Assembly (NCBI GenBank): GCA_965218795.1
Contig: OZ244653.1
Span: forward strand, 864,001 to 928,000
From: a bacterium
Lineage (GTDB): Bacteria; UBA8248; JACPRG01; G963555815
Direction: 5' to 3'
DNA length: 64,000 nt
Positions 1 to 9,041 of this stretch are shown piece by piece. Made by a program: the position numbers and the translations under genes. Every line of letters begins with the position of its first letter. The first letter of the stretch is position 1. The notes under the pieces were generated by a model that had not been told where the DNA came from, made no database searches, and worked only from the letters and a program-made list of their open reading frames with translations.

Positions 1-191
1 ACGAAGAACGCGTCGGTGCTTTGGCCGGCCCCGAAGGCGTTGGCGACAATCATGTCGCGCAGGAAGCCGAAGACTCGGCTGGTGAGTGTAGCCCCGCTGA
101 CGACGCCTGCGGACCGGGCGATCCGCGCTCCCCGATCTTCGGAATCGGTTCCAGCGAGCCCCTTTGCCGCGGGCTCCGTCGAGCTAGGCAT
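1..191 (-). CDS. murJ: Lipid II flippase MurJ/MviN, 5' part only (runs off the window)
   Basis: Manual minus-strand translation from ATG 191 gives MPSSTE...[41 protein letters not shown], the MurJ N-terminal SRxxGxxRD...DAF motif. Divergent from rpsT, as is common. Confidence 0.92.
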   Translation of the reverse strand, partial: MPSSTEPAAKGLAGTDSEDRGARIARSAGVVSGATLTSRVFGFLRDMIVANAFGAGQSTDAFF

Positions 192-212
192 GCAAGTCCC
201 TTATGGCTGACC

Positions 213-240
213 TTGACAAAGTCGACGAATTCCCTATATT
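213..240 (+). promoter_or_regulatory. Sigma70-type promoter upstream of rpsT
   Basis: TTGACA (213-218), 16-bp spacer, TATATT (235-240). Confidence 0.7.
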
Positions 241-281
241 GAGTGAGTTCTCAGATTCGCATCGGCTTTGGAGATATTGAC

Positions 282-563
282 ATGCCCCGCACCAAGTCGG
301 TCTTGAAGGCCAGCCGACAGAACAGGAAGCGCAGAGTCCGCAATCAAGGGATCCGGACCCGATATCGCAGTGCCGTCAAGAGGGTGCATACGGCACTCGA
401 TGAGGGGGATCGTCCGGGTTCCCAGGATGCCTTGGCCCACGCGGTCCAGGTGATTGACCGCACACGCTCCAAAGGCGTGATCCATCGCCAGACGGCGTCG
501 CGGATGATTTCCCGGCTCAGTCGCCGGGTGCACGCGTTGCAGCAGAAGCCCTCCGACTCCTGA
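282..563 (+). CDS. rpsT: 30S ribosomal protein S20
   Basis: MPRTKSVLKASRQNRKRRVRN...IDRTRSKGVIHRQTASRMISRL; GGAG RBS before ATG 282. Confidence 0.93.
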   Translation: MPRTKSVLKASRQNRKRRVRNQGIRTRYRSAVKRVHTALDEGDRPGSQDALAHAVQVIDRTRSKGVIHRQTASRMISRLSRRVHALQQKPSDS

Positions 564-1605
564 TTCCCTGCGGCCCACAAAGCTCAAAAATCGCCCTTTC
601 CATCAAAAACCGGCCCGGAAGACCGCTCCCGCGCAATTGGATATCTGTGCAGTGGAGCCGCCCCAAAGCGCTCCGGAGCTCCCCGTCTGAAAATCGGCGG
701 GCCTGTTCCGCCAATTTGCGCGTGTAATATGGGCTGCCGCTCATCTTCTTGGGGACGGCAGAAGCCGGCATTCCCTCGTCCAGAAGGGAACGCGCTTCCA
801 AAAGCCTCATCAAATGGCGCGCCATGGCGGCCACAATGACAGTCGGATGATTCTGCCGGCGCAGGAGAACCTCCAGGGCCCCCAATGCCCGTCCGGGATT
901 GCGCGCACCGATCGCGTCGGTCAAGTGGAACAAGTTATCCGTCCGTCCGTCATCCACGATGTCCGCCACGAGATCCCGGGAGACTGGGACCGCCTGCGCC
1001 GAAATGCCGTCTCCGTCATCCTTACCGCTCTTGCATATGCCGACCTTTTCAATTTCTGCGGCGGCGCGCCGGAGTGAACCTCCAGTTTGTTCGATCAACA
1101 GGGAAAGAGCGTCGTCGTCGAAGATCAGGTTCTCTCGGGACGCCAGTCGTTTGACCGCCGCGGAGAAGCGATTCCCTTTCAATGGAGGCGTCGAAATGAC
1201 CGCACCCCCGGATCGAACCGCCTTCAGCAGCCCGCTTGACGCCTTCAGGGGCCCTGAGAGCAGCACGAGGCAGGACGATTCATGGGGATTCTCGAAATGC
1301 GGAGCCAGGACCTCGGCCTCCCCCTCCAACTGGTGCGCCCTCCGGACCAGAACGCACTTCCGCTCGCCGAGGAACGGGAGGGTCTCCACGGCGTTGATGA
1401 CGTCGGTGGCGGAGCAGGTCTCCCCGTCCAGTTTTTCGAGATTGAACGATGAGGTGTCGGGGTCGGTCAGGCGGTCTTCGATCGCGCGCCAGAACTCGTC
1501 CTGCAGGAAGTCCTCTTCCCCATGAAGAAGGTAGAGGGGGTCAATCGAACCCGAGCGAACGTGTTTCAGATGTTCCCGGAGGTCGGCCTCTTCGGATGCG
1601 GCCAA
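517..1605 (-). CDS. holA: DNA polymerase III delta subunit
   Basis: PLYLLHGEE, TLPFLGERK, AEIEK and LFHLTDAI motifs; follows leuS-lptE. Start is TTG 1605 (GAGGG RBS) or 1620. Confidence 0.9.
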   Translation of the reverse strand: MAASEEADLREHLKHVRSGSIDPLYLLHGEEDFLQDEFWRAIEDRLTDPDTSSFNLEKLDGETCSATDVINAVETLPFLGERKCVLVRRAHQLEGEAEVLAPHFENPHESSCLVLLSGPLKASSGLLKAVRSGGAVISTPPLKGNRFSAAVKRLASRENLIFDDDALSLLIEQTGGSLRRAAAEIEKVGICKSGKDDGDGISAQAVPVSRDLVADIVDDGRTDNLFHLTDAIGARNPGRALGALEVLLRRQNHPTVIVAAMARHLMRLLEARSLLDEGMPASAVPKKMSGSPYYTRKLAEQARRFSDGELRSALGRLHCTDIQLRGSGLPGRFLMERAIFELCGPQGIRSRRASAATRAPGD

Positions 1606-1606
1606 C

Positions 1607-2143
1607 CTAGAAACCCTCAATCATGAGACTTTGCAATTCCTGGGCGATATCGTCGGAAGCCAGTTGAGAGGCCCTCGCCTTTTTCGACTGGTTGGTCTGC
1701 AAATCGGATGAAACCTGATATTCGCGGTCTGAGACGATGGTTTGGCGGAAAAGGATTCGGTCGCGCTCCAAGTCCCGGAGGACGACCCTCATCGACATGC
1801 GGAGCCGGACTTCCTGCGCTCGGTCCTCGCTATTGAACCCAATCGCGCGTAGGCGAAACTGGAGGACCTGTCCTACAAGCACGGCGTCGGCGTCTTGAAG
1901 GCCGCCGGCCAAGACTACGCGGCCGTCATTGAGAATCACCTTGCGGATGGAGTCGGTGACGCGGACTCCGATTCCCTGCTCCAGGGTGTTGTTCGAAAAA
2001 ATAGGCACATGGATCCGTTTCACGTTTTCCGGGAGGGTCGATCCGCCCCTGCCCTGCAAATTGTAACCGCAGGCCGACAGGACCAGCAGCCCGCATGCGC
2101 ACGCAAGCCAAGCCGTCCGAATCGTCGTCCTACACGACAACAT
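1607..2143 (-). CDS. lptE: LPS assembly lipoprotein LptE family
   Basis: Lipobox LSAC-GYNL and [10 protein letters not shown]; sits between leuS and holA. Start uncertain. Confidence 0.82.
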   Translation of the reverse strand: MLSCRTTIRTAWLACACGLLVLSACGYNLQGRGGSTLPENVKRIHVPIFSNNTLEQGIGVRVTDSIRKVILNDGRVVLAGGLQDADAVLVGQVLQFRLRAIGFNSEDRAQEVRLRMSMRVVLRDLERDRILFRQTIVSDREYQVSSDLQTNQSKKARASQLASDDIAQELQSLMIEGF

Positions 2144-4601
2144 TGACCAGTTTGCCCGGTACGACAATGACACGTCGGACCTCCTTTTCCCCAATCCAGT
2201 GCTGGATTCGCTCGTCCTCGAGCGCCCGGTTTCGGGTTTCCTCTTCGCCGATCGACGCGGGAAGATCGATGCGGCTTCGCACCTTGCCATTGACCTGGAG
2301 CACGATCGTCAGGATATCCTCGGCGGCCACGTCGGGGTCGTATTCTGGCCAAGCGTGGTCGAAAAGGTTACTCTCGTGGCCTAGTCCGTTCCAGAGCTCC
2401 TCGCTCAGGTGCGGGGCAAAAGGAGAGAGAAGCAGCACGAGGGCGTCCAAAGCTTCTTTCAGGACAGGACGGGAGGATTCGTTCGCCTGGAAGGACTGAA
2501 GCTCATTGAGCAACTCCATGATAGCGGCGATGGCCGTGTTGAACCGGAACCGCTGCTCCACATCCTCGGTCACCTTCCGGATGGTCTGGTGAACCTTCTT
2601 CCGAAGGTTGCGCGCCGCCGAATCGAATACTTCGCCGGCACCCCCCTCGACGGCCTGCAGCACTTCCGCCCACCCTGTCACCAGCCTCCAGACCCGGTTC
2701 AGAAATCGATGGCAACCCTCGACGCCCGCATCGCTCCACTCCAGCTCTTTCTTCGGCGGGGCGGCGAACAGCATGAACAGCCGGGCGGTATCCGCTCCGA
2801 ACCGATCAATGATGTAATCCGGGTCGACCACATTCCCGTAGGATTTGGACATCTTCCGCCCGTCCTTGATGACCATCCCCTGAGTCAGCAGGTTCCGAAA
2901 CGGCTCGCCCGCGCGGAGAAGATCCATATCCCTCAAGACCTTCGCGAAGAACCGGGCGTATAACAGGTGCATGACGGCATGTTCGATGCCGCCGATGTAT
3001 TGATCCACCTCCATCCAGTATGCGCCCGCCTCGAAATCGAACGGAGCGCCGGTTTCCCGGGGGCTGGCATACCGGCAGAAGTACCAGGAGGAATCGACGA
3101 AGGTGTCCATCGTGTCCGTCTCTCGACGGGCCGTTTTGCCGCACGACGGGCACGGGACTTCGTAAAAGGACGAAAGGGCGGTGAGTGGAGAGGCGCCGTC
3201 GAACTGAACGTCGATGTCGATGGGAAGGACAACGGGGAGGTCTGTTTCCGGCACCGGGAGGACGCCGCAATCCGGGCAGTGGACCATCGGTATGGGTGTG
3301 CCCCAATAACGCTGCCGCGAGATTCCCCAGTCCCGCATGCGGTAGTTGACCTGACGGCGCCCGAATCCCTTCTGCTCCAGATAGTCGGCGATGGCCTCTT
3401 TGGCCTTGGGCGTCGGCAGACCGTCGAACGGACCGGAATTGACGTTTTCCCCTTCATCCACGTAGGCCTCGATCAGGGTATCGTCATCCAGCGTTTCCCC
3501 CGGGGGCTGGACGACCACCCGAACCGGAAGACCATGTTGACGGGCGAAGTCGAGGTCCCTCTGATCATGGGCGGGAACGGCCTGAATGGCTCCGGTGCCA
3601 TACTCCATCAGAACGAAGTTGGCCACCCAGATAGGGATTTCCTCCTTTGTCATCGGATTCAGGGCGTACCGTCCCGTGAAAATCCCCCGCTTCTCCTGGG
3701 CCTCGTCGGTCCGGACGAGTGTGTCCTGCCGGGCGGCCTCTTCGCAAAACTTCGCCACGGCCTTCTCTTGACCGGTGCCGGCCGCAAGGCGCGGCACCAG
3801 GGGATGCTCCGGCGCCATCACCATGAAGGTGGCCCCGTAAACGGTGTCGTGCCGGGTGGTATAAACCGAGAGGACTCCCTCCTCCCCGATGATGGGAAAG
3901 TCAATCTGGGCGCCCTCGCTGCGCCCGATCCAGTTCCGCTGCATCGTGAGGACCCGTTCGGGCCAGCCGTCGTTCAATCGGTCCAGGCCGGCCAGGAGCT
4001 CCTCGGCGTAATCGGTGATTCGCAGGAACCAGGCTTCCATTTCCTTCTGAAGGACCGGCGTCTCGTGGCGCCAGCAGAGTCCGCCGACGACTTGCTCGTT
4101 GGCCAGCGTGGTGTGGCACTGCTCGCACCAGTTGACCCAGGTCTTCCGCCGGTAGGCGAGGCCCTTTTCGAACATCTTCAGGAAGAACCACTGGTTCCAT
4201 CGGTAATAATCGACATCGCAGGTGGCGAACTCGCGGTCCCAGTCGTAGCTGATGCCCAGACCCTGGAGCTGCGCCCTCATGGATTCAATGTTTTCGTGGG
4301 TCCAGTGAGCCGGATGAACTTGATTTTGAACTGCCGCGTTCTCGGCGGGCAGCCCGAAAGCGTCCCAGCCGATGGGATGGAGGACGTTGAGACCGGCCAT
4401 TCTCTTTTGCCGCGCCACGACGTCGCCGATGGTGTAGTTCCGGACATGCCCCATATGGATTCGGCCTGAGGGATAAGGGAACATCTCCAGAAGATAATAT
4501 TTATGCTTGGACGGATTCTCGGTCACGCGGAACGCGTCTTTGTCTTTCCAATGCGCCTGCCATTTGGATTCGATGGCGGCAAAATCGTAACGGTCGCTCA
4601 C
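2130..4601 (-). CDS. leuS: Leucine--tRNA ligase
   Basis: [13 protein letters not shown] (HIGH-like), [11 protein letters not shown] and KMSKS motifs. Confidence 0.98.
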   Translation of the reverse strand: MSDRYDFAAIESKWQAHWKDKDAFRVTENPSKHKYYLLEMFPYPSGRIHMGHVRNYTIGDVVARQKRMAGLNVLHPIGWDAFGLPAENAAVQNQVHPAHWTHENIESMRAQLQGLGISYDWDREFATCDVDYYRWNQWFFLKMFEKGLAYRRKTWVNWCEQCHTTLANEQVVGGLCWRHETPVLQKEMEAWFLRITDYAEELLAGLDRLNDGWPERVLTMQRNWIGRSEGAQIDFPIIGEEGVLSVYTTRHDTVYGATFMVMAPEHPLVPRLAAGTGQEKAVAKFCEEAARQDTLVRTDEAQEKRGIFTGRYALNPMTKEEIPIWVANFVLMEYGTGAIQAVPAHDQRDLDFARQHGLPVRVVVQPPGETLDDDTLIEAYVDEGENVNSGPFDGLPTPKAKEAIADYLEQKGFGRRQVNYRMRDWGISRQRYWGTPIPMVHCPDCGVLPVPETDLPVVLPIDIDVQFDGASPLTALSSFYEVPCPSCGKTARRETDTMDTFVDSSWYFCRYASPRETGAPFDFEAGAYWMEVDQYIGGIEHAVMHLLYARFFAKVLRDMDLLRAGEPFRNLLTQGMVIKDGRKMSKSYGNVVDPDYIIDRFGADTARLFMLFAAPPKKELEWSDAGVEGCHRFLNRVWRLVTGWAEVLQAVEGGAGEVFDSAARNLRKKVHQTIRKVTEDVEQRFRFNTAIAAIMELLNELQSFQANESSRPVLKEALDALVLLLSPFAPHLSEELWNGLGHESNLFDHAWPEYDPDVAAEDILTIVLQVNGKVRSRIDLPASIGEEETRNRALEDERIQHWIGEKEVRRVIVVPGKLVNVVV

Positions 4602-4687
4602 GTCGGTTGACTCACTTGGCTGAATAGGTTGACAGGTTGAAGTTCAGGGGCCCCCGGGGACCGCGAGTGGGGTGGAAAGGAACAGCG

Positions 4688-5104
4688 CTAGGCAACCTCC
4701 ATGGCCCGATCCTTGGCGATTCGGTCCAGAATGCCGTTGACGAACGCACCGGAGGACTCCGTCCCATAACGCCGGGCGATGTCGACAGCTTCGTTGATCG
4801 CGACCTTCGGCGGGATCTCTTCGATATAAAGCAGCTCGCACGCAGCCAGCCGAAGCACGTTTCGATCGATGAAGCTCATCCGGCCGAGGGTCCAGTGCTC
4901 GGAGGTGCGGGCGATCACGGTATCCAGCGTCGTCCGTTCCTCCCTGCAGGCCAGCACCAGCCGCCGGGCATACTCCCGGATCTCTTCCGATAATTCCTCC
5001 CTCTCCGCAAGCTCGGTCAGGGACTCGTCCTGATCATTTCCGGACATGTCGAGGCTGTAGAGAATCCTCAATGCCTCTTCTCGCGCCGCCCTGCGAATTC
5101 CCAT
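4688..5104 (-). CDS. nusB: Transcription antitermination factor NusB
   Basis: RRAARE...IDRNVLRLA...VAINEAVDIARRYG...FVNGILD; downstream of ribH. Confidence 0.96.
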   Translation of the reverse strand: MGIRRAAREEALRILYSLDMSGNDQDESLTELAEREELSEEIREYARRLVLACREERTTLDTVIARTSEHWTLGRMSFIDRNVLRLAACELLYIEEIPPKVAINEAVDIARRYGTESSGAFVNGILDRIAKDRAMEVA

Positions 5105-5129
5105 CGTGATGCCCTTGAGCCCACTCCGT

Positions 5130-5609
5130 TCACTTCTTTCGTGGAGGAAGGCTCTTGAAAAGGTTGGCCATCTCAATCGCCGACAGGGCCGCCTCGGACC
5201 CCTTGTTTCCCTGTTTGGTCCCGGCCCGCTCAATGGCCTGTTCGATGGTGTCGGTGGTCAGCACCCCGAATGATACCGGCAAGTCGAATTCGAGGGCGAC
5301 GCTTGCGATTCCCTTCGTCACCTCCGAAGCGATGTAATCGAAATGAGGCGTCGAGCCCCGGATGACGGCCCCGAGACCCATCAGGGCATCGTACCTTCGG
5401 GACTGCGCCAGACGCCGAACCGTAACGGGTATCTCGAACGTCCCCGGAACCCGGAAAACCTCCATATCCGCGTCGCGCGCGCCGCAGCGGGCCAGGCTGT
5501 CGATCGCCCCCTCCAGGAGGCGGTCAGTCACAAAGTGATTGAATCGGCTCACGACGATCCCGAACTTCAGACCGGCGGCGCTCAGATTCCCTTCAACGGT
5601 TTTCGGCAT
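5130..5609 (-). CDS. ribH: 6,7-dimethyl-8-ribityllumazine synthase
   Basis: [41 protein letters not shown]. Confidence 0.98.
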   Translation of the reverse strand: MPKTVEGNLSAAGLKFGIVVSRFNHFVTDRLLEGAIDSLARCGARDADMEVFRVPGTFEIPVTVRRLAQSRRYDALMGLGAVIRGSTPHFDYIASEVTKGIASVALEFDLPVSFGVLTTDTIEQAIERAGTKQGNKGSEAALSAIEMANLFKSLPPRKK

Positions 5610-5661
5610 GGAGACTTCCTTTCATGTCGCGTATCCGGACGTATTCGGGACGGCCCGCCGC

Positions 5662-6885
5662 TCAAAGGTTGCCGAGCATGTGCCCCAATTTTTTCTTCTT
5701 GGTCTCCAGATAGCGAAGGTTTTCTTCCCGGGGCTTGACCTCGAGGGGCACCCGGTCCAGGACGGTCAGCCCGTATCCTTCCAGGCCAACAATCTTTCTC
5801 GGATTGTTGGTCATCAGTCTCATCTTCTTGATGCCCAAATCCGCCAGGACCTGCGCACCCAGGCCGTAGTCTCTCAAATCGGCCTTGAAGCCGAGCGCCT
5901 CGTTCGCCTGAACCGTGTCCATTCCTTCATCCTGGAGGGCGTATGCCTTGAGCTTGTTGACGATGCCGATCCCGCGCCCCTCCTGGGTGACGTAGAGGAG
6001 GATGCCCTTCCCTTCTTCGTTGATCTTGCGGAGGGCCGCTTCCAGCTGCGAACCGCAATCGCACCGGAAGGAACCGAATACGTCCCCGGTGAGGCATTGT
6101 GAGTGAACCCGGACCAGAACCCCCTCGTCCGGGCTCGGTTCTCCCAGAACGAGCGCCAAGTAGATTTCTCCGCCGATGGTCCCCCGATAGGTGACGCATC
6201 GAAACTTTCCGTACAGCGTCGGCAGATGGGTCTCGGTGAGGCGCTCGATCAGCGACTCGCGGCGCATCCGGAATGCAACGAGGTCGCGGATGGTGACGAT
6301 CTTGAGGCCATGCTCTCTTGCGGTCTGCTCCAGTTCCGGCCTCCGCGCCATCGATCCGTCCGGGCTCATGATCTCGCAGATCACGCCGGCCGGCTTCAGG
6401 CCGGCAAGCCGTGACAGGTCCACGGAGCCCTCGGTCTGTCCCGCCCGGACCAACACACCCCCGTCCTTAGCCCGAAGGGGGAAAATGTGACCGGGACGCG
6501 CCAAGTCGAACGGCCGGGTTTCCGGATCGACCATTTGCAGAATGGTCTCCGCGCGGTCTGATGCGGAGATCCCGGTGGTCGTATTGCGCTTGGCGTCCAC
6601 CGAAACGGTGAAGGCTGTTCCCAAGGACGCGGTGTTGTCCGTGACCATCGGCGGGAGGTCCAGTTCATCCGCGCGCTCGTTGGTCAGAGACACGCAGATC
6701 AGTCCACGGCCGTGAACGGCCATGAAATTGATGGCCTCCGGGGTGACCGCCTCGGCCGCCATGGTCAGATCGCCTTCATTTTCGCGATCCTCGTCATCCA
6801 CGAGGATGACCATCCGGCCCTCCCGGATCTCGAGGATCGCCTCCTCTATTGTTGCGAATTCATTGGTCTCGGTGGGTTCAGGCAT
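5662..6885 (-). CDS. ribBA: Bifunctional DHBP synthase / GTP cyclohydrolase II
   Basis: [44 protein letters not shown]. Confidence 0.97.
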   Translation of the reverse strand: MPEPTETNEFATIEEAILEIREGRMVILVDDEDRENEGDLTMAAEAVTPEAINFMAVHGRGLICVSLTNERADELDLPPMVTDNTASLGTAFTVSVDAKRNTTTGISASDRAETILQMVDPETRPFDLARPGHIFPLRAKDGGVLVRAGQTEGSVDLSRLAGLKPAGVICEIMSPDGSMARRPELEQTAREHGLKIVTIRDLVAFRMRRESLIERLTETHLPTLYGKFRCVTYRGTIGGEIYLALVLGEPSPDEGVLVRVHSQCLTGDVFGSFRCDCGSQLEAALRKINEEGKGILLYVTQEGRGIGIVNKLKAYALQDEGMDTVQANEALGFKADLRDYGLGAQVLADLGIKKMRLMTNNPRKIVGLEGYGLTVLDRVPLEVKPREENLRYLETKKKKLGHMLGNL

Positions 6886-7525
6886 ATCCTTGCTCACTCA
6901 GAAATTCTTTCGTGATCCCGCTCTGTGCGGCGATTTTGTAATCCATGAGCAGGCGCTCGACATACTTCCCGATGAGGTCCGCCTCCAGATTGACCGGGTC
7001 TCCCGGTTTTTTGGTCAACAGGGTCGTTTTCCGGGCCGTGTGGGGGATGATGGCCACCTCGAATCCTCCCTCCTTCCGGGCGGCAACGGTCAGGCTGATA
7101 CCGTCGATCGCGACAGAACCCTTCGAGACAATGTACCGCATGACTTCCTCCGGCGCCTCAATGGTGACCATCTCTGACTCGCCTTCCGGCTTCCGCCGCG
7201 CCAAGCGCCCGACGCCATCAACGTGTCCGGTCACCATGTGACCGCCCAGGCGGTCGCCCAGCCTCATCGATAGCTCGAGGTTGACCGCATCTCCCTGTTT
7301 CAACCCGCCCAGGTTGGTCTTCCGCAAAGACTCCGGACTCACGTCGACTTCAAAACCCTCTCCGGTTCCGGCCACCTTGGTGAGGCACGCTCCGTTGACC
7401 GCCACGCTGTCCCCCTCGCCGAGCTCGACGGCCGGGCCGGGGGCCAGGAGGGCCAGACGAGATCCGTCCGGTGTGGTGCGGACCGACTGCACGGTTCCGA
7501 TGTGTTCAATGATCCCGGTAAACAC
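6878..7525 (-). CDS. ribE: Riboflavin synthase alpha chain
   Basis: [40 protein letters not shown]. Confidence 0.97.
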   Translation of the reverse strand: MFTGIIEHIGTVQSVRTTPDGSRLALLAPGPAVELGEGDSVAVNGACLTKVAGTGEGFEVDVSPESLRKTNLGGLKQGDAVNLELSMRLGDRLGGHMVTGHVDGVGRLARRKPEGESEMVTIEAPEEVMRYIVSKGSVAIDGISLTVAARKEGGFEVAIIPHTARKTTLLTKKPGDPVNLEADLIGKYVERLLMDYKIAAQSGITKEFLSEQGYA

Positions 7526-7549
7526 GTCCCAGCCTTTCGCGTGCCGACA

Positions 7550-8692
7550 TCATTCCCCCGATGCGCTGGCAGCTTTCTTTCTGGGTTCGATGTATCCTTC
7601 CACCAAGAGATCCGGACCCACCCGCCTCACATCCGCTTTCCTGAGGTCCCAGGCACCGCTCAACGTTGCCGCTCCCTTCCCTCTCAGCGGTCCCGGAGCA
7701 TTGTCTCCCCCGATCAGAAGGGGAGCGATATAAAAGGCAACCCGATCGACCAGCCCCTGCCGAAGGAAGGCGCCCGCGACCTCCCCCCCCCCCTCTACGA
7801 GAAGGGTCGTTACTTCCTGCTTCGCCAGACGGGCGAGCAGAGAGCGCAGAGACACACGTCCCTTTCTGGAAGGGAGAATCCAGACCTCCGCGCCTTGGTT
7901 CCTCAGCGTCCGGATTCGACGCTCAGGGGCAACCTTTGTCGTCGCGACGATTATACTCGTCGATGACGAACGATTCAACGCCTTTGCGTTCAATGGGATT
8001 CGGAGCCTGCTATCGACAATCACGCGAAGTGGATCGCGTCCGTTGCGGCCGCTGGGGCGAGCCGTCAGCTGGGGGTCATCACCCAGGACCGTACCAATCC
8101 CCGTGAGGATGGCGTCCACCCGATCTCTGAGGTCATGCGCGTGCGCCCGCGATTCCTTCGATGAAATCCACCGTGAATCTCCTGATTCAGCGGCAATCTT
8201 GCCGTCCAGGCTGACCGCAGACTTCAGAATCACCCAAGGCCGTCCTTTGCCGACTCTCGTGCAAAAGGCCTCGTTCAATCGCCTGGCCTGGGCCCCGAGG
8301 AGACCGCTTTCGACCCTGATTCCGCTCCTTCGGAGGGACTGAAATCCGCGGCCTCCGACCTTTGGGTTGGGATCCCGCATGGCGGCGACCACCCGTGTGA
8401 CCCCGGACTGAATCAATGCGTCCGTACAGGGAGGCATGCGGCCATGATAACAGCAAGGCTCCAGCGTCACGTACAAGGAAGCGCCTCCGGCCTTCGCGCC
8501 GGCTTCCCGAAGCGCCACGATTTCGGCGTGAGGCCCGCCTGCCCGCTTGTGACAGCCGCGGCCGACAATTCGCCCCTCTCTGACCAGGACGGCGCCCACC
8601 ATGGGATTGGGGTGTGTTCGCCACCCCGGGCGCGCCGCCAAATCCAGGGCCGAATTCATATAGGCGATATCGTCCTGAGTCCATCGGCCCAT
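7550..8692 (-). CDS. ribD: Bifunctional pyrimidine deaminase / reductase RibD
   Basis: PNPMVGA, HAE, TLEPCC...PPC, SLDGKIA, VEGGG. Start is ATG 8692 or 8701. Confidence 0.97.
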   Translation of the reverse strand: MGRWTQDDIAYMNSALDLAARPGWRTHPNPMVGAVLVREGRIVGRGCHKRAGGPHAEIVALREAGAKAGGASLYVTLEPCCYHGRMPPCTDALIQSGVTRVVAAMRDPNPKVGGRGFQSLRRSGIRVESGLLGAQARRLNEAFCTRVGKGRPWVILKSAVSLDGKIAAESGDSRWISSKESRAHAHDLRDRVDAILTGIGTVLGDDPQLTARPSGRNGRDPLRVIVDSRLRIPLNAKALNRSSSTSIIVATTKVAPERRIRTLRNQGAEVWILPSRKGRVSLRSLLARLAKQEVTTLLVEGGGEVAGAFLRQGLVDRVAFYIAPLLIGGDNAPGPLRGKGAATLSGAWDLRKADVRRVGPDLLVEGYIEPRKKAASASGE

Positions 8693-9041
8693 TCCGGCCA
8701 TTCCTCGAGGTTGAACCGTTTACCAACCCGAACGCCCCGAACCGGCAAAACGAACAGGAGGGAGACACTTTTACATAGTTCCTTGAAATAACGAACTCAA
8801 GAGAAAGGGAGGCGCGCCTCGAAAACGGGACGGACGCTCGATGGGAAGAAGCTTCACCGGAGAGGAAGGCCCTTATCCAAAGGGAGAATCGGAGGTTATG
8901 GCAATCCTTTCCAAGGGAGGAGAGCAGGCCACGGCCGGCTGCGGTTTCGCCGGGCACAACGGCTCATCACGCTCCGTATCCTCATGCGGCCCGGCTGCGG
9001 GGCCCGATGGTCGCCGCGAAATCGCGGAGGCACGCTGCCTC

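Noticed and set aside
8702-9041. FMN riboswitch upstream of ribD
   Set aside because: No FMN core is present on the coding (minus) strand. The GATGGGAAGAAG look-alike at ~8840 is on the wrong strand and lacks the rest of the aptamer.
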